From contig NC_087447.1 in NCBI RefSeq assembly GCF_036321535.1, positions 34,288,001-34,352,000 on the forward strand: 64,000 nt of DNA, in the 5' to 3' direction. Within the stretch, counting starts at the first letter, position 1, and each line of letters opens with the position of its first letter. This stretch comes from Camelus dromedarius. Its lineage: Eukaryota. Under the pieces are notes generated by a model. The model did no database searches, was not told where the DNA came from, and worked only from the letters and a program-made list of their open reading frames with translations. This document shows, piece by piece, positions 58,271 to 64,000 of this stretch. The position numbers and the translations under genes were made by a program.

Positions 58271-61134
58271 CACAAAGTCAGGCATTCTCACACACACTGT
58301 TGCTTTGCTCCACATGAGCCACTGAAATGCTACTTTCCTTGGGCAACTGAGGCTGGGTGGGACTGACTTGTCCACGATGCAGTTCAACAACTATTTATTG
58401 AGTGCCTACTGCATCCCAGGCCCTACATCAAAATTGGGGAAGTTAGAGGTCTGGCAAATAAACGGGGAGCTAGGATCTTAACCCAGGTCTCTCTGACTTC
58501 CAGCTTGGGGGTGTCTAAGAGGCTGGGCAGAAAGTGCATGGACATGAAATGAGAGCGTTCCAATACTGACCCCGTGCGGTCTTGGTCAAGTGACTGGCCT
58601 CCTCTGAGCTTCCTGCATGAAATGGATGAAATGCCCTCAGCCTTATCACCTCGTTGTGAGGCTTAAATGAGATGATGTACGTAGAGTGTCTGGCCCACGG
58701 CAGGTGTTCAGGGGTGGTCTGTTGCCACAATTATACCATCCACAAAGAGGTTCTGGTCTTCTGACCCACTGAGCCAAACGCAAAAGCTTCCTAAGATGAA
58801 GGAATTAAGAATATTTATCTTACCCACTTAATAGATGGAGAGGAAAAGAACATAGCTTGGGGCTGGTTGCAATTCTTTAAACCATCAGGCCCTTTGGATC
58901 AGAACATCTGATCGCCATGAGTGAGGTAGAAAGAACACAGGGCCAGGAGTCAAGAGGCCTGGGTTCCAGTGTTTGCTTGGCCCTCAGAACTGGGTGGCCA
59001 TGGGCAGTCACGTCCTTGTCTGGGCAACGTTTCCCCACCTGCACAATGGAGCTATGGAAGTGGGTGGCCTCCAAGGTCCACAATGGCTCAGACATCCTGA
59101 ATGCCTAGTCCACAGAGGCAGAGATCACTAAGCAGACATCCCAAGTGAGCCTGATTCTTCTGAATCTGGCTTCGTCACCTAAATGGTCCTTTTCCTTCCA
59201 GGGCTTGCCTTCCTCTGTCCAGAGACAGCTAACAAGCCAAGTTCACACGATGGAAGGTCTGACGGCTCTGGCACGCTTGTGGCCCACATATTTTGACGTC
59301 AACATGCGTCATGGCCAGGTCTGAAAAGAATCAAAGCAAATCAGCATGAAATGGGGGCTGTCTGCAGGACTGTAGCCAAGCGGCCTGCAGTGGGAAGCCA
59401 GGAAAGAGGTCCTGCCAGCTGTTAGGCACATGGACCTGCCCAGCCTGGTAGCACAGGGGTGACCTGGGGGACAGCAGTGAGGGGAGGCGGCTGTGCCCAG
59501 ATTGCAGCAAGATGTGAGCAAAAGCTAGTGGGGCTCCTCATTCTATAAACTCGGTGCCTCTGGCCAAGGGCTGGGACAGGCACAGGAGGGCCCAACCAGA
59601 AGGAAACAGCAAGGAGGCCAAGGCCAGGGAAACAGGGAGAGGCTCCAGGGAGAAGAGGCTTGGGACTCAGGCCTCTTCCATTTACTGGCAGAAGAAGGCA
59701 GTGGTTAAAAGCACAGATTTGGGGGCTCAGAAACACCCAGGTTGGACTCCTGCCACTGTTCATAGCAGCTGTGTGACCTGAACAAGTTCCAGGATCCCTC
59801 TCAGGTGTCTCCCCACTGACTCCTCACTTTTCTCCTTTCCCATAAGACGGTATCAGTAATAAGGGTTCAGAAAGTTAGTGTGACGATTAAGTGAGATTAT
59901 GGATGGAAATGGCACATAAATGGTTACTGTAATCATTATGCCTGGAAGGCTTGTCCCAACCCCTTTCTTATCCAACTAAAATCCGTCAGAACCCTTCTTA
60001 GGTCCCCTTCAAAAGTTGTTGGGGGGAGCAGGTGGGGTATCTGCCAAAGCCCCACAAAGCCTACCGTGTTCTCTCCGCTCAGCCCTTCCGGTCTCCTGTA
60101 CTGCCATTATCACATCCTGGCAAATCTTGCAGTGGAGCAGCCAGACAGTTTGGACACTGTAAACAGCTTTGGGTAAAGGAATCCACCCCACCCTTACCCA
60201 GCCAGGTGAGTTTTCCCAAGACCTGGCATTGTTCAGGTTGTCCGCTCTGTGTCTCCTCTACTGGGCCATCCACCCAGCAGCCTACAAGCCGGGAGGGAGT
60301 TTTATAGAACCCATTTGGCTTAGCTTCAGCTTCAGGAACACAGCTGGTGCTCAGTATCCACTTAATCCTGTTTTTCCATTCTTTCTTTAATCTTCCCCCT
60401 CCCATCCTTCTTTTCTTTTGCAGATATGAACTAAAAACCTATTATGTGCTGATCCTGTATCAGCAGGGATCAAGAGAGACACATCCCAGACCTCATGGAA
60501 GCCATAGTTTGGCTAAGTAAGCATTTATACTCCAAGCTATGGGGTCTCAGAGCAGGTTATGGGAGCACATAGGAGAAATATTGCACCCAGACCAAGATGG
60601 TGACAAAGGGCTTCCTGGAGGAGGTGGCACTAAGCCTGAACTTGAATGGGTGAAGGATGGAAAGGGTTTAGCCAGGCAAAGGAGTCTAAGTAGTGGGGAG
60701 AGAAAGAGGACTGAAGCAGAGAAAGGAGCTTGTCCCCTCATCCTCCTTATCCCCTCAATGCCTAGATGAGTGCAGTTGAACCAGGTGTTACCATATTTTA
60801 AAATTTTTTCTTCATTTAAAAAAATATCTTTTATATTTTCAACCTTGGAAACATCTTTGATTTTTATAAGAGATTATTAAATCAACCTGGATCTTATGAT
60901 TTCCATAACATTCCATCAACCATTCTCATGAAAGAAAAGGAATTAAGCCAAGATTCTCACACTACACCAGAAAGGAGATGAGTCCAGATCCTAAACCCAG
61001 GGAAACAAACTTGGCCAGGCTATTTATTTTACATACACAAACACACACACACACATTCCTACTTCATGTACATTCTCATGGATACACCACAGATGTCAAG
61101 GAGATTGCTAATGTAGACTCTTTAGCCAAGGCTT

Positions 61135-61680
61135 TGTTTTGTTTCCCAACATCTTATTTTGAAAAGTTTCAAACACAGAAAAGTTGAAAGAATTGCACAT
61201 ATATCTTCACCTAGATTCACCAGTTGTTAACATTTTACAACATTTGCTTTCTCCTCCTATCTGTAGATAGACTCACCTTTGTTCTTCCCTGAACCATCTG
61301 AGAGTTAGTTGCTGACATCAAGATACCTCACCTCTAAATATTCCAGCACATATCTTCCAAGAAAATGGCCATTTTCTTATCTTATCCCCAAACCAATAGA
61401 ATAATATCGTCTAACATGCAATCTGTACTCACCTACCTCCGATTGTCTCCAAAATGACCTTCCCAGCATTTCTGGTTTTGCTTGTCAAGGATCTCTCACT
61501 GGATTTGGCTGTCATAGCTCTTTAGTCTCCTTTTCTAGAATAGTTCTCCAACTACCATTTAAATTTTGTTTGTCTTTCATGACATTATCAGTTTTGAAGA
61601 TCCCAGGCCTGTTGTCTTAAAGAATAATCCATAAACTGAATTTATCTGATTGCTTCCGCATGCCAACAAATGATCAAATT
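61135..61680 (-). mobile_element. Ancient L1MC-like 3' fragment (reverse)
   Basis: ttattttgaaaagtttcaaacacagaaaagttgaaagaat...ttcacctagattcaccagttgttaacatttt...tgaaccatctgagagttagttgctgacatca. Confidence 0.8.
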
Positions 61681-63579
61681 TCCCCATTTTTCCACTCCTC
61701 TGTCCAGAACCAGCCCTACCAGTTACACAGTGATAACACCTTAGTGGACCTTGTGGCCTCAGATTACCTAGAATTGTACAAATCCCAGAGGGCTTAACTG
61801 ATATTATGAAGCAGCTAACATTTATTTAATATTGAATGAATATTTTCAATCTTTCCAAACTCTGGGGCAGAGGAGAGAAGCCAGATGTCATATACACCAT
61901 ACCAAAGGAAATTTTACAGCAATTTACTTTGATTCTGTACTAACAATGCCTTTTCAGATATATTTTTAAAAGTTTTTTCACACTTGCTATTAAAGAACCT
62001 TGACTTGAAGGTCAAACAGACAGGGGTTCAAATTTGGAGTCCACCACTCACCAGCTGTCCTACTTGCAAAAACAGCCTCATCTCTCTCACCTTTGTTTTC
62101 TTTTAAGAGTATTTATGGTGTAAGATGCTTAAACCAGTGTCTCATTCATAATAATTACCTCTGTTAAGCTTCACAACAACTCTTCAAAAAAGGTAGACCA
62201 ATTATCATCCTCTCCATTTTATAGATGAGGCAACCAAAGCTCAAAAGACAATGTAACTTAGTGAAGGTTAGGCAGTAAGGTGTCCAAAGAGACAAAACTA
62301 GAACCAAAGTTGCTGATTCCCAGAGCTGTCATTTCTATTCTCTTCAGGACGTGGCTTCTATGTCATGGGATGCGGTGAGGTCAAATGAATTGATGTGTGC
62401 CCCGTGTATGCATTATTCTGGTGACAGGCTACACTCTGTCAGTGTCGGTGCCCATTATTATAATTATTTTTAATTTATTTATAATTTATTTCACACTCTC
62501 GTGAGTAACTGATTTTGTTCAAAGGCTCCAAAGAACCCTGGGAGCTAGGCTCACAATTACCTCGACCAAGCCCCCATTCCTACCCTATCTTCCCTCCCAC
62601 CAAGACAGAGGGGGTTGGAACAAACCAAAATTCACTGAAGGTATTAAGGTTTCACTTAGAAGAGAGAAAAAATATTCTGAGGCTGTGGAGCCATTGTTTG
62701 CAAAACACAAGAGAGGGTCTGTTTTCCTTGGGAAACGGAGCACTAAGCCATGAGTCATTCTTTAGATTCTGTGTGGGCGACTTGGGATTCCTGCGCAAAC
62801 TTTTGTTGTGTCACTCACTGGTGTCTTGTGTGGACTGAAGCACAAAAGCCTGACCCAGTTTTGTTCCCAAAATCACATGAGCCATTCTGCCTAAGACATT
62901 CTAGGAACACACTGTCCATCTCCTTGAACAATGTGGCCATGAGACAGAGTCACCATTGAAACCGGCCCCGTGGCTATTAGTAAAATACCATGGGGCAGCC
63001 GGCCATGCCTTGGGGCACCTTAATGACCAACTGATCACAAGGTCCAGCTCCCACCACAATCATGCCAGCCGTGAGGGAAGAGGGCTTTCCTTCTGCCTTC
63101 AGAACAATAAGAAGCCATTCAGAATCCCAATCAATGGGACGCTCCCATTCTTGGTCCTGGGCAGTGCCATCAGATTGGCCAGCTTCACTCAACCACCTTG
63201 ACAGTGCCAGCTCAGACTGGGTGTACAAAGGAGGCTTCCCGTAAGTTTGGTTGGCAGCAGACCCTTCAGCTTGGTTAGTGCTACAGAGATGGCACGTTTG
63301 GGACCAAAATGTGGACATTTCATTTCACAACTCTGGATCTGACTCACTTAGAGGATACTGTTCTTAATTTACTCTTGCCCCTCAGTCATCAAACCAAAGC
63401 CCCGCTATGCTCTCTGCTTCCACGGTGCAAGCCATCTGTCCTCCATGTAATCAACCATGTACTTGGGAGGCAGAGAGGTCGGGTAGAAAGAACACGAGCT
63501 TGGAATGAAGCAGATCTGGTTTCCATACTGGGCTCTGTCCTTGGGTAACAAAAATAAGCAATATCACACATTCCTTGAT

Positions 63580-63740
63580 TACTCCATGCCAGGTTCTATC
63601 CCTCAGCCACCTACCTGTATTATCTCACTGAATCCTCACAGACAACCTATAAGCATCATCATTCCTGTTTTATAGATGAAGACACTGACATTTAGAGATG
63701 GTAACTTGCCCAAAGCCTGGATTCAAATCCAGGTCTGTCT
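63580..63740 (-). mobile_element. MIR SINE
   Basis: atgccagg...tctcactgaatcctcaca...ttttatagatgaagacactga...aacttgcccaa...ggattcaaatccaggtctgtct. Confidence 0.8.
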
Positions 63741-64000
63741 CTCAATTAACTCTAAAATAAACTCTCAATTAACTCTATAAAACTGCCCCAAAGTGATAAC
63801 TTCCCTTGGTCTCATCTTCCTCATACGAAATGCATGGACCACTTTAGATTTTACCCAATTTCTTATGTCTCAGATTAAATTACGTCTATATGAATGAAAC
63901 CACTGAAGGCTACTCCCTGGCACAAAGCAGATGTTCCATAACTGTTCCCTTCCCTGCTGCTGAGACTGATTCTAAGAAATAAGAATCTCTGACCTTAAGT

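Noticed and set aside
1..64000. tRNA, rRNA, snRNA genes, CRISPR arrays, prokaryotic operons, intact retroviral or L1 ORFs, processed pseudogenes
   Set aside because: None recognised; all transposon copies are short non-coding relics.

Overview
Mammalian (eutherian) genomic DNA, almost all intronic and rich in ancient MIR, L2, MER and MaLR/ERV relics. Two L1 3' ends look cetartiodactyl, and I recognise no Alu, B1/B2, Bov-A/tA, CHR, PRE-1 or Can-SINE; this suggests a camelid but is inference. The one gene landmark is a CpG-island promoter at about 7.0-7.9 kb firing on the minus strand into a 51-nt coding exon (6987-6937, MSVMLWRWDQNNTTMKL, phase-0 GTAAGA donor). From memory this matches an alternative N-terminus of NAV2 (neuron navigator 2/RAINB1), which would put the rest of the window in NAV2 introns; I have not verified this by search. 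None of the six-frame ORFs looks like a real protein. I found no convincing new multi-gene system. The best leads are regulatory or splicing: (i) a tandem AAG/TAAG acceptor that could make the exon a first coding exon, an in-frame cassette or a poison exon; (ii) a perfect nuclear-receptor DR1; (iii) repeat-poor motif clusters (ARE/AP-1, CRE plus E-box, PBX/MEIS/MEF2, TEAD with inverted MEF2-like sites); (iv) a composite ERV LTR. Repeat boundaries and family names were assigned by eye and are approximate.
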